Sequence record: PZ445526.1
Origin: a phage
DNA: 64,000 bases
Direction: 5' to 3' (one strand)
The notes below the pieces were generated by a model. That model saw only the letters and a program-made list of their open reading frames with translations, had not been told where the DNA came from and did not search any database. A program made the position numbers and the translations under genes. Of this stretch, positions 28,947-38,277 are shown in pieces (the stretch's first letter is position 1; each line of letters starts with the position of its first letter).

Positions 28947-29484
28947 TTACTATTTCCAAAAGTTTATTATTTTTAAGGTAATTAGCCTTTTCTAGGACTT
29001 CAGAAGCATATTTAGAACCTGCTTTAACATTCCATCCCGAATTATAAGAGGATATTGCTTTTCTTATATCGCCCTTATGTATATTTAACCAATAAGAAAG
29101 TTCAATGTACGCCCAGGAAGCTGAATTGGATCGTTTATTCAACATTCTTTTTATTTCAGCATCGGTCATATTATAACCAAGTTCCTTAACTCTTGCTCTC
29201 ATAGTAGGCAAATAATTTTGGAACATTCCGTAGGCGTGATGCTTTGGTTTAGATTTTAAATTAACTCCGCCAGAGCTTTCTTGCCATAAAATGGCTGCCA
29301 TTATATGACCTAATCCGCTCTTGTGGATGTTTTTGTGTGTTTTATATTTTCCATCCTTAGAAAATTGTTCCCCGAATTGATACGCGTAACGCATGTTATC
29401 GAGTTGGACATTACTGAAAGTATGCTCGGAGCTATGTGCCATCATTGAAATGGCCAATAGACCAGCGAGTAGTGCTTTTCTCAT
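28939..29484 (-). CDS. secreted lytic transglycosylase (SLT-domain) protein
   Basis: 181 aa; signal peptide MRKALLAGLLAISMMAHS; SLT motifs AILWQESSGG, AYGMFQ, SYNSG. Confidence 0.6.
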   Translation of the reverse strand: MRKALLAGLLAISMMAHSSEHTFSNVQLDNMRYAYQFGEQFSKDGKYKTHKNIHKSGLGHIMAAILWQESSGGVNLKSKPKHHAYGMFQNYLPTMRARVKELGYNMTDAEIKRMLNKRSNSASWAYIELSYWLNIHKGDIRKAISSYNSGWNVKAGSKYASEVLEKANYLKNNKLLEIVND

Positions 29485-29491
29485 GCTTACC

Positions 29492-29953
29492 TCATTGAGT
29501 TTTAATTACTGCTTTAGAAGCCTTTCCTGGTAAACGACGACTGTTAATAATTGCCATCCTACATTGAAGTGACGGGTCTTTGAACTTTGCATTAGGTTTA
29601 CAAACTGTAAATCCAAGCCAAAGATTTCCATCTGTGATTTCTAAACGTCCAGGACGATATTCAACCCCATCAATAAAATCCTCGTCAATGTCAGGACGCG
29701 GTGGCATACTCAAGAATTCATTAACTTCTAAAACATGGTCTTTTATTTTATGGAATAATTCAAAAACATATGTCTCATCAATCTCTCGTTGAATTGCGCG
29801 ATCAAGAAGATGTTGAGAATATTTTAGATGAAACGATGAGACTCCTGCTGCTTTTGATGCCTCACGAATCTCATTGTTAATTTGACGAAACTCCGACTCA
29901 AAGTGACGACGAAGCTTATTTCGACGGATAAAAACTTCTGTATTGATAGTCAT
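29492..29953 (-). CDS. regB: site-specific endoribonuclease RegB
   Basis: 153 aa, MTINTEVFIRRNKLRRHFESEFRQINNEIREASK...; matches T4 RegB by recall. Confidence 0.85.
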   Translation of the reverse strand: MTINTEVFIRRNKLRRHFESEFRQINNEIREASKAAGVSSFHLKYSQHLLDRAIQREIDETYVFELFHKIKDHVLEVNEFLSMPPRPDIDEDFIDGVEYRPGRLEITDGNLWLGFTVCKPNAKFKDPSLQCRMAIINSRRLPGKASKAVIKTQ

Positions 29954-29980
29954 GTTATTCTCCTCTTAACTGATAGAAAA

Positions 29981-30010
29981 ATTATACCACAGTCAAGAGG
30001 AAAAGTAAAC
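29981..30010 (-). promoter_or_regulatory. T4 early promoter upstream of regB (-35 GTTTAC, TGTGGTATAAT -10)
   Basis: Minus strand GTTTACTTTTCCTCTTGACTGTGGTATAAT. Confidence 0.6.
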
Positions 30011-30012
30011 AG

Positions 30013-30291
30013 TTATTCTTTAAATCTAATCAATTTATTCATAGACTTTGAAACTTCTGCACGAACCTCATGTAGATTTTTGAGTTGTTCAAGACGCTGC
30101 GCATAGTAAGCAATTTCATCTTCTTCGAGACAGTCCTGCGAATCTTCTTTAAGATAACGTGCATAGTCCTGGAAAGCGTTACGGACTACTTCCTGGAAGT
30201 CATCAAGACTTTGAATTTTCTTAGGAGCAACAGACACACGACGAGGGGCAGTATAATACTCATAACCAAACCCTGCGCTTAATTGAGCCAT
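30013..30291 (-). CDS. hypothetical protein
   Basis: 92 aa from ATG ([13 protein letters not shown]...); track start is GTG. Confidence 0.4.
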   Translation of the reverse strand: MAQLSAGFGYEYYTAPRRVSVAPKKIQSLDDFQEVVRNAFQDYARYLKEDSQDCLEEDEIAYYAQRLEQLKNLHEVRAEVSKSMNKLIRFKE

Positions 30292-30557
30292 TAGTATTTT
30301 TCCTCTGGTTGGAACACTGCGCGACAAGCCCACATACTGGCTTCTTTGAGTTTCGTTTTAGCAATAGTTAACTGATCGAGGCTTTCGGCATAATTCTTCG
30401 CGAATTCACAATCTTCACAATTATCTAGTGCTTCCCAGAATTCGTCATATAAAGCATCAAAGATAAGTCCTAAACGAACTTCAGCGTCTTTGATAGCATT
30501 CACTTTACCGATTTTCTCTTCAGTATGTGGCTTATAACCCTTAATATCTTCAATCAT
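30291..30557 (-). CDS. hypothetical protein; by synteny the T4 vs.4 (Acb2 cyclic-dinucleotide sponge) position, unverified
   Basis: 88 aa from ATG ([18 protein letters not shown]...) behind RBS GAGGAAG; assignment is positional only. Confidence 0.3.
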   Translation of the reverse strand: MIEDIKGYKPHTEEKIGKVNAIKDAEVRLGLIFDALYDEFWEALDNCEDCEFAKNYAESLDQLTIAKTKLKEASMWACRAVFQPEEKY

Positions 30558-30771
30558 ATTTGACTTCCTCACCAGTGCATAAATCGTATTCAACTAAACG
30601 AATAGGTTCATGAATGCCATATCCCTGAACAGAAATTTCTGTCGTAGGATAAATTCCATCAATATCACCCATATTCAACGCTTCATTAAATTGCTGTTCG
30701 CCTGAATTACTAAACCACTCGGCGAAAGCATTTAGCACATCTTCAGAACCTTCAATAATTATCTTTGCCAT
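30550..30771 (-). CDS. hypothetical protein
   Basis: 73 aa acidic ORF. Confidence 0.4.
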   Translation of the reverse strand: MAKIIIEGSEDVLNAFAEWFSNSGEQQFNEALNMGDIDGIYPTTEISVQGYGIHEPIRLVEYDLCTGEEVKYD

Positions 30772-31133
30772 TACAAACTTTCAGTAAAGGTACGAGCGAT
30801 AACGTCGCGCTGCTGTTCCGGAGTCAGAGAGTTAAAGCGAACTGCATAACCGGATACACGGATGGTCAGCTGCGGATATTTTTCCGGATGCTTAACTGCA
30901 TCTTCCAGAGTTTCGCGACGCAGAACGTTAACGTTCAGGTGTTGACCACCTTCAATTTTAACTGTAGGTTGTGGCTCAATTTCAATTTCACGGGCATGCA
31001 AACCGTAGAAAATTTCTGGGTCTACAAAAGAGTCCTCTTTAAAGGTTTTAGAGACAATAATTCGTGCTTGAATACCATCTTCAAAATAAATAGTACCTTT
31101 ATGTGTGCCTTCAAGAATTTGATATGCTTTCAT
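30771..31133 (-). CDS. autonomous glycyl-radical cofactor (GrcA/YfiD-like; T4 Y06I-like)
   Basis: 120 aa; C-terminal glycyl-radical motif [15 protein letters not shown]; C-terminal ~60 codons visibly GC-rich. Confidence 0.8.
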   Translation of the reverse strand: MKAYQILEGTHKGTIYFEDGIQARIIVSKTFKEDSFVDPEIFYGLHAREIEIEPQPTVKIEGGQHLNVNVLRRETLEDAVKHPEKYPQLTIRVSGYAVRFNSLTPEQQRDVIARTFTESL

Positions 31134-31140
31134 ATAAACC

Positions 31141-31470
31141 TCAATTAGAAAATAAATTTATCCAAGATTGTTCTTTAATTAAAAATGGCTCAGAATCATA
31201 TGCCATTAAACTTTGCGTAATTAATCCTTTAAAAGGTCCATCAATAAATTCCATGGTAAAATATGGAATTTTATTCATTAGCCGTGCATTAGGAGCAGTG
31301 CACAAAACTCTGCATCCTTTGAATACGCCTTTTTGTAATTTGTATTGCTTGGGATAAAATTCGCTTAAAATGTTATTTTTTGCCAAAATTTCAAAATGAT
31401 TCACCAATTTATTTTTAATAGTTTTTGGCGAAAAATAAAGATATTCGAAAAGCTGAGTGTCTGTCATCAT
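31141..31470 (-). CDS. hypothetical protein
   Basis: 109 aa from ATG ([13 protein letters not shown]...); ATGA overlap with upstream gene. Confidence 0.4.
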   Translation of the reverse strand: MMTDTQLFEYLYFSPKTIKNKLVNHFEILAKNNILSEFYPKQYKLQKGVFKGCRVLCTAPNARLMNKIPYFTMEFIDGPFKGLITQSLMAYDSEPFLIKEQSWINLFSN

Positions 31471-32006
31471 TGCATTCCGATTACGAAAAACTGTGGACGA
31501 GTAATACCACCAATACAACATTTAATATTACAGCAGCAGTGTACAGTGTCAATATGGACACTATAAATCTTATCCATATCAGGAGATTTGACAGGCTCAT
31601 CAATTATATACAAAATTCGCGAAAGCGATAAACCTCTGAACTTGCTTCCTTTATTACCAATAAAACTGCGTACAGAATCAGTAAATAAACGAAAACGTAT
31701 ATCATCATTAGAATAACGCGAAAATTCCTTTTTGATGTTATTTGCAGAAATTTTAGCGTAAGCTGAAGTATTAGAAAGAACAATAACTGTTCCGCCATCA
31801 TACAACCAATTAGCAGCGAAGTTAGTCACAGCAATTGATTTACCAGATTGACGTCCACCATCTAGTCGAAGTGTACAATACTGTTTAAGTAAGTCTTCAA
31901 ATGGCGGGATATATTCGTTTTTACAAATTTCTTCTACTCTAGCATCAGAATGGTGTGTAAAAGCATTCATCAGGGATAGATAAGGACCAGTTAAAAATGT
32001 TCTCAT
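31467..32006 (-). CDS. small P-loop NTPase
   Basis: 179 aa from ATG (MRTFLTGPYL...); Walker A GGRQSGKS, Walker B ILYIIDE. Confidence 0.45.
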   Translation of the reverse strand: MRTFLTGPYLSLMNAFTHHSDARVEEICKNEYIPPFEDLLKQYCTLRLDGGRQSGKSIAVTNFAANWLYDGGTVIVLSNTSAYAKISANNIKKEFSRYSNDDIRFRLFTDSVRSFIGNKGSKFRGLSLSRILYIIDEPVKSPDMDKIYSVHIDTVHCCCNIKCCIGGITRPQFFVIGMQ

Positions 32007-32147
32007 TTTGTTCTCTCTAGGTTTGGGCCATTCCATGGCGCATGAATTGTCCATTTCTCTATTTACCCATTACCGCACTTGGGCTCGACCTTATTACAGG
32101 TTGGCGGGAATCCCTCACAGAATCATGAGGTCCAGGTTGTTCCCATG

Positions 32148-32621
32148 TTATTTGAACGATTTAACGTACTGAATAGAACCTTTACTATTCACAAAGGCAA
32201 TTTTACCATTTTTGTTATACATGGTAGCAGTACGTTGATAACCGTAAGTTTGTTTACCAGATTGATAACCAACTAATGCGAAATTATCTTCACCCATTTT
32301 ATTCTGCTTAGCACGAATGCGTTCATGACCATGTGCCATAAGAACCTTAGCATCACCAGTTGCAATGGATCGACGAGTTTTTTCATCTTCAACTGTATTA
32401 ACAAAGTCGTCAAATGAATCAAATTTAGCATGAGATTTATTATACAGTTTTCCATCTACTGCATAATTATATCCTTGTACATCCATCTCAACTTCTGTAC
32501 CATCATCCAATACAGCAGTGATTTTTTGACCTTTTTTAAATTTCAAAAGATCAGTAAAAGATTCAGCAATAATTTGAGAATTAATAGCTGCTTCAGTAAT
32601 AAATTCTTGATATGTTTTCAT
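32148..32621 (-). CDS. internal-protein-like virion protein with capsid-targeting leader (ipII position)
   Basis: 157 aa; N-terminus MKTYQEFITEA matches the T4 IP/Alt leader; own early promoter. Confidence 0.6.
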   Translation of the reverse strand: MKTYQEFITEAAINSQIIAESFTDLLKFKKGQKITAVLDDGTEVEMDVQGYNYAVDGKLYNKSHAKFDSFDDFVNTVEDEKTRRSIATGDAKVLMAHGHERIRAKQNKMGEDNFALVGYQSGKQTYGYQRTATMYNKNGKIAFVNSKGSIQYVKSFK

Positions 32622-32674
32622 GTGTTTCCTTTAAATGTAAATATTTTTATTATTCTATCCAAGTAATTGTGAAT

Positions 32675-32703
32675 ATATTATCACAATTCTAGGAGCTGTA
32701 AAC
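32675..32703 (-). promoter_or_regulatory. T4 early promoter
   Basis: Minus strand GTTTACAGCTCCTAGAATTGTGATAATAT. Confidence 0.5.
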
Positions 32704-32739
32704 TGCTTTTATTTATAAGCGTCCCAAGTATAAGCTTTA

Positions 32740-33321
32740 TTAAGAATTACCACGGGCTGCATTAGCAACGGCGTAAGCGTACTGAATATTAGCGTCTTTA
32801 AACTTACCTTTAGAGGTATCTATTTCTGCCTTAAAGCCGCCTTTAGTCATAACATCGGCAAATTCTTTACGGAAAGCCATTGCATCAAGACCTTTCCATG
32901 ATGATTTATGCTTGGCAAATTCAAGACCGGCAAAGTTAACAGCCTTAGCTAATTTATTATCAATAACCCATTTACCGGCTTTAGGCACAAACTTCGGACC
33001 TTTCTGTTTAGAGAACAGTTTTAAATTCCAGCGGCGAAGGTCTGCATCAGCTTTAACAAATTCTGAGTCTAAGTTACTAGCAACAACATCTTCAATATGA
33101 GCAAATTTAAGTCCGTCAACTTCAATATTTAAATCGGTACGCCAGCGAAGTCCTTCCCAAGCGAAGGCTTTAAAGTCGGAAGCCTTTGTAGCTAAGTACC
33201 GTTCAATAGGAGCTGTTTTAGGGTCAAAGCCGTTTCCCGATCGGTAGGTCCACTCATCTTTATTAATGCCTTTGGCCTTTACTACAGAAGCTTCAGCAAT
33301 AAATTCTTGATAGGTTTTCAT
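32740..33321 (-). CDS. ipIII: internal protein III
   Basis: 193 aa, MKTYQEFIAEASVVKAKGINKDEWTYRSGNGFDPK...; matches T4 IPIII by recall. Confidence 0.85.
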   Translation of the reverse strand: MKTYQEFIAEASVVKAKGINKDEWTYRSGNGFDPKTAPIERYLATKASDFKAFAWEGLRWRTDLNIEVDGLKFAHIEDVVASNLDSEFVKADADLRRWNLKLFSKQKGPKFVPKAGKWVIDNKLAKAVNFAGLEFAKHKSSWKGLDAMAFRKEFADVMTKGGFKAEIDTSKGKFKDANIQYAYAVANAARGNS

Positions 33322-33375
33322 GTGTTTCCTTTAAATATTTTAATTAGTAATCTATCTATTCAAGTAACTGTGAAT

Positions 33376-33405
33376 ATACTATCACAATTCCAAGAGAAAG
33401 TAAAC
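33376..33405 (-). promoter_or_regulatory. T4 early promoter upstream of ipIII
   Basis: Minus strand GTTTACTTTCTCTTGGAATTGTGATAGTAT. Confidence 0.5.
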
Positions 33406-33409
33406 AACT

Positions 33410-34378
<969 letters not shown>

Positions 34379-34397
<19 letters not shown>

Positions 34398-34867
34398 TCA
34401 GTGATAAAGTTATTTAAATTTTGAGCATATTTCTTTTCATCAAAAATCTTTTGTTGTCTGCGTAAACGCCATGGCATTTCAATGAACATGCGCCATATTC
34501 CTGATAATACTGCTGCTGTAAAAATATTAACAAGTATAGTTAAAAGAATCCAATCTCCTATTCTGTCCATTGGATTTTTTATAAAAAAGTAAAATACGAA
34601 TGATGATATAGGAAGACTAATGATATACCACAGAAGAACCTTCTTATCTGTGAACCAATCAGCATTCGTTAACTTAGCACGACCATTTTGAATACACACG
34701 AATTTATCATCTGTTACAGTAAATGGCTTAGCTGCTTGATATCCCATTCTAAACTCCCTAATTAATCGTTTCTTTGTATCTTCGGAACAACCATTCCAGT
34801 CAACTCTATCAACTGGAATGCCATCATCCCCATCATCTAAATCATACCAGCGAGTTTTTAAAATCAT
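34379..34867 (-). CDS. membrane protein
   Basis: 162 aa; hydrophobic helices LLWYIISLPISSFVFYFFI, ILLTILVNIFTAAVLSGIW. Confidence 0.5.
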
Positions 34868-35226
34868 CTAATTTTCCTGCAATCACTCACAAACTCTTTC
34901 ATTGCTTCATTTTCAATATAAGAAATGTAGCTATTATATTCTTTTAATTGTATTTTGTAATCCTTTTTTCTTTGCCAATTTATTTTAAAATTATCATAAT
35001 GAAAATATAAAATGATACCAAAGAATGAAAACAATGAAATAATTTTAGTATAACAAAGCTCGCTCCAAACTTCTATTATATCTACTGTACCACTGATTTT
35101 TAAAATAAAACAGTCAATTAATAGTCCAATAAGACTACCTGTAAGAGCTGCAGCCAACGCCACAGCAAAAATTAAAAATGACTCGGAAAACGAATATTTG
35201 ACTTTATTTAGTTTTGGCTTTTGCAT
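34864..35226 (-). CDS. membrane protein
   Basis: 120 aa; FLIFAVALAAALTGSLIGLLIDCFIL, ISLFSFFGIILYF. Confidence 0.5.
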   Translation of the reverse strand: MQKPKLNKVKYSFSESFLIFAVALAAALTGSLIGLLIDCFILKISGTVDIIEVWSELCYTKIISLFSFFGIILYFHYDNFKINWQRKKDYKIQLKEYNSYISYIENEAMKEFVSDCRKIR

Positions 35227-35600
35227 CGTGATTCCTTAACAAATTTCATAATTTCATTAAATTCATACTCAGCAAGTTTAAGCTGGTGTTCCTTTTTAAT
35301 CTTTTTGCATTGCACTTTCCAATCACGCACGCGTTTACGATAGTGTCTTTCTTGATACCAGTATCCTATCCAATTTACGGGTACTAATAAAAATGGAACT
35401 ACCAATGGAAGAGTTAGCATTAACATAATTATTACGCCAGATTCAATATCAGTCATAACATCTAAAACACCTCCAATAATCAATAGAATTACAAATGATA
35501 TGAGTATCACAGGACCTATTAATACGTCAGTAGGAATTAGCTGGCGCTTTAATTCATACTTCAAAGGTTTACTTGGAAGGTATAGTGATGGCTTTGACAT
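35208..35600 (-). CDS. membrane protein
   Basis: 130 aa from ATG (MSKPSLYLPSKP...); VLIGPVILISFVILLIIGGVL, IIMLMLTLPLVVPFLLV. Confidence 0.5.
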   Translation of the reverse strand: MSKPSLYLPSKPLKYELKRQLIPTDVLIGPVILISFVILLIIGGVLDVMTDIESGVIIMLMLTLPLVVPFLLVPVNWIGYWYQERHYRKRVRDWKVQCKKIKKEHQLKLAEYEFNEIMKFVKESRCKSQN

Positions 35601-36180
35601 ATTCTCTACATTCCTTAACAAATTTTTCTAGTAATAAATCACTTTCAAAATTAGGATTTTCCACTAATTTATCAAAAAGATCATCAACAATATTCAAGAT
35701 ATTTCTTTTACTAAGAATACGTTTATTTTCATGCTTCGTTTCAGAATCAACTATAAGAGTAAAGAAATATTTCTTTCCCTGAAATTTTACTGTAGTATCA
35801 ATATAGAATAAATTTGACTTTTGTAAGTTACGTTTAAACCATGCGTCACTTAAACTATAAACACCGAGATAATCAAAATCGTCGTTTAAATAACATACTG
35901 TCCATTCAGGAGAAATGAAATCAGTAAATTCAACATCAAAATCACACGTCAATGAATGAATTGATTCAATACTGTTAATAAGTATTCCAGGACGTATTAA
36001 AGACTTTTTACCTCTAGAAAATCTTCCAGAAAGACTTTCATCAGTTTCATATGAAGAACCCCAATAATAATTACGTCCTTCTGCCATACGTTTAAGAGCA
36101 TTTAATAATTGGTCTGGAACATCAACTTGTCTTTGGAATTCTTCAAACATTGAATTGAAATCAATTTGCATTCTTCTCAT
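35569..36180 (-). CDS. hypothetical protein
   Basis: 203 aa ORF. Confidence 0.45.
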   Translation of the reverse strand: MRRMQIDFNSMFEEFQRQVDVPDQLLNALKRMAEGRNYYWGSSYETDESLSGRFSRGKKSLIRPGILINSIESIHSLTCDFDVEFTDFISPEWTVCYLNDDFDYLGVYSLSDAWFKRNLQKSNLFYIDTTVKFQGKKYFFTLIVDSETKHENKRILSKRNILNIVDDLFDKLVENPNFESDLLLEKFVKECREYVKAITIPSK

Positions 36181-36199
36181 TCCTATTTACTCCAAGTAA

Positions 36200-36218
36200 T
36201 AGGGGCCGAAGCCCCTTA
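36200..36218 (-). terminator. GC hairpin GGGGC-UUCG-GCCCC
   Basis: aggggccgaagcccct read directly; no clear U-run. Confidence 0.3.
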
Positions 36219-36221
36219 TCG

Positions 36222-36815
36222 TTATTTCAGAGAATTAATGTATTCCTGAACATCGGCAGAGGTAGTTTCAACCCCAGAAATATTACCATTAAAGGTTTCA
36301 ACTCGAGCGAGAGTGTCTTCAATATCAACCTTAGTCAGTGCTGCAATTTCAACTACATCATCGGCAGTACTAATTCCAAGTGCATTCGCTGCTCGAGTTT
36401 CACGGATATATTCCAATTTAACTGCAAGTTCTTGGCGAGCATCATCCAATTCAACTACTTTCTTGGCGATTTCAATTCGCATTTCAGCATACCCATCAGC
36501 TTTAGTAGTTAACTGTTCAGCTGTTCGACGATATAGCAAGCCGAGTTTAGCATGCATTGTTACATCTTGACCTTCAGAAAGAAGCTTGCGAATTTCACGC
36601 TCTTTTGATTCGGCCTGTCGATTCTTTTCGACAATAAGTTCACGAATACGTTTTTCTTCATTAATAGATTTAACAGAAGCAGTTTTTAGGTCTTTAATTT
36701 TATCAAGCAGTTTTGCTGCTGCGGCAGTATACTGTTCTTCAACAGATAGATTTTTAGCCATAGCAGAACCAAGTTTAGTGCGAATAAACTCAACAATTTT
36801 CTTCAGTGTGTTCAT
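36222..36815 (-). CDS. coiled-coil protein (PspA-like?)
   Basis: 197 aa, highly helical with heptad-like repeats; fold assignment speculative. Confidence 0.45.
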   Translation of the reverse strand: MNTLKKIVEFIRTKLGSAMAKNLSVEEQYTAAAAKLLDKIKDLKTASVKSINEEKRIRELIVEKNRQAESKEREIRKLLSEGQDVTMHAKLGLLYRRTAEQLTTKADGYAEMRIEIAKKVVELDDARQELAVKLEYIRETRAANALGISTADDVVEIAALTKVDIEDTLARVETFNGNISGVETTSADVQEYINSLK

Positions 36816-36858
36816 AGTATTTCCTTAGGTTAATTAAGATTTAAAATCCATGAGAGTA

Positions 36859-37035
36859 TTATACTCCGGATAGTTTGTAAACTATTTCAACATCGCCTTT
36901 TGCTGCTTTATAACCTTCAGCCCAAGATACAACCGAGTTTTTATCTGAAGATTCAAATTCTGGCATTGGGCTTTCGCCAATGTTCACGCAGTATGTTTCT
37001 TCATTTTCGTCGAACCAAATAATTAAAGTAGTCAT
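36859..37035 (-). CDS. hypothetical protein (58 aa)
   Basis: Hand-translated MTTLIIWFDENEETYCVNIGESPMPEFESSDKNSVVSWAEGYKAAKGDVEIVYKLSGV; below track cutoff. Confidence 0.35.
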   Translation of the reverse strand: MTTLIIWFDENEETYCVNIGESPMPEFESSDKNSVVSWAEGYKAAKGDVEIVYKLSGV

Positions 37036-37103
37036 TTATTTCTCCGTTTCTGTATTTGTTTTGATAAGTCTATAATAACACCGTCCTTGGTGTTTGTACA
37101 CAA

Positions 37104-37367
37104 TTATTTCATATTATTGAAATATTCTTCTGCAATTTCGTCGTTATCATGGTAAACTTTAGAAGACAGTTTAACATAACCTTCAGCAGTGAACATGTTA
37201 ATCACAACCTTTACAGTATACCACTGACCATCTTCATTACCCATTACTGCATAGGTTTCAAACATCGGATGGTCAGGACCGATAACTTTAATATCATTCA
37301 CTGTACGACCAAAATCTTCTGAAACACATTTCATAAAGAAGTTGAACAGTTCGCCGTAATTATCCAT
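37104..37367 (-). CDS. hypothetical protein
   Basis: 87 aa from ATG (MDNYGELFNFF...); GGAGAATAAAATG RBS; track start is TTG. Confidence 0.45.
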   Translation of the reverse strand: MDNYGELFNFFMKCVSEDFGRTVNDIKVIGPDHPMFETYAVMGNEDGQWYTVKVVINMFTAEGYVKLSSKVYHDNDEIAEEYFNNMK

Positions 37368-37410
37368 TTTATTCTCCAAGTTGTTTTCTGTATCAGTAGT
37401 TGATATTGAT

Positions 37411-37440
37411 ATAGTACCATGGAAGAACAGGGATGTAAAC
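37411..37440 (-). promoter_or_regulatory. T4 early promoter cassette
   Basis: Minus strand GTTTACATCCCTGTTCTTCCATGGTACTATATCAATATCAAC. Confidence 0.55.
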
Positions 37441-37569
37441 AGTTTTGTGAAAAATTTTTTAAAAAGTTTTGGGGAATTCTAGGGCAGGGAGGGGCAATTA
37501 AAGGATAGGATAATATATTATAAAGGATAGAAACTAAATGATGCCTAGAGAGGCCCAGAAAGGTCTAGA

Positions 37570-37598
37570 TGCCAAAAAGCCCTATCATTTAGATAGGG
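37570..37598 (-). terminator. rho-independent terminator
   Basis: CCCUAUC-UAAAU-GAUAGGG hairpin followed by CUUUUUGG, directly after the 37607 stop. Confidence 0.55.
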
Positions 37599-37606
37599 AT
37601 TTAAAA

Positions 37607-38173
37607 TTATTTGCTTAGTTTAGTTATTATAGCTTCTGCGGCAGCTTTTAGCTTAGATGCGGTGTTAATACGATTTTTAATTTCAGTATACGCATCGCCA
37701 AGAACATCAAGGCTATCAGAATAAACACTTACACTATTGCGTTCGCTATTTGAAATAGAACCTTTAGTTTTACGATCAAAATCGGTGTATACGTCTTGAA
37801 GATCGCGTGCTGCCTTCTTTGCATCATCCAATGCATCAAGAGCTTTATTCAAAGCATTAACGTATTTTTTAGTATCGAACATATTCTTAGAAATTTTAAC
37901 AGGCGCACGTTCAGGAGTAGCTAAGGCAGATTTAGGAAGAACCTGTTTGCCAGATGCCAGTTTCTTAGAAATTTTGAAAAACGCTTTATTGAAATTATTT
38001 TCTTGACTCATCGTAAAAGAACTATTATCAATGTTATACATTTCAATAGCTTTAGCTTTCCACTTAAGAAAATCGCCACGGTCTTTTGGGTCCAAGTGGA
38101 AGAATACTTTAGTAAGATCTGCTTCAGATGGTAATTTTGCTGCTTCGGTTAAAAATTCGGCATAGGTTTTCAT
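37607..38173 (-). CDS. internal-protein-like virion protein with capsid-targeting leader
   Basis: 188 aa; N-terminus MKTYAEFLTEAAKL resembles the T4 IP leader. Confidence 0.5.
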   Translation of the reverse strand: MKTYAEFLTEAAKLPSEADLTKVFFHLDPKDRGDFLKWKAKAIEMYNIDNSSFTMSQENNFNKAFFKISKKLASGKQVLPKSALATPERAPVKISKNMFDTKKYVNALNKALDALDDAKKAARDLQDVYTDFDRKTKGSISNSERNSVSVYSDSLDVLGDAYTEIKNRINTASKLKAAAEAIITKLSK

Positions 38174-38247
38174 TTAAAATCCTTGAAATAATTTATTGGT
38201 TATTAATTATTTATTATCCGTAACAGCATTCTCTGAGTGATTCAAAC

Positions 38248-38277
38248 TAAAAAGCCCCAACCTTTCGGTCAGGGCTA
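38248..38277 (-). terminator. rho-independent terminator closing the tRNA/stable-RNA unit
   Basis: 10-bp stem (AGCCCUGACC/GGUUGGGGCU with two G-U pairs), GAAA tetraloop, then UUUUU. Confidence 0.65.

Noticed and set aside
36840-36900. Promoter-like GTTTAC ... TATAAT on the minus strand inside the small ORF at 36859-37035
   Set aside because: The spacer between the two hexamers is only about 13 nt, too short for a sigma70-type promoter; likely chance.
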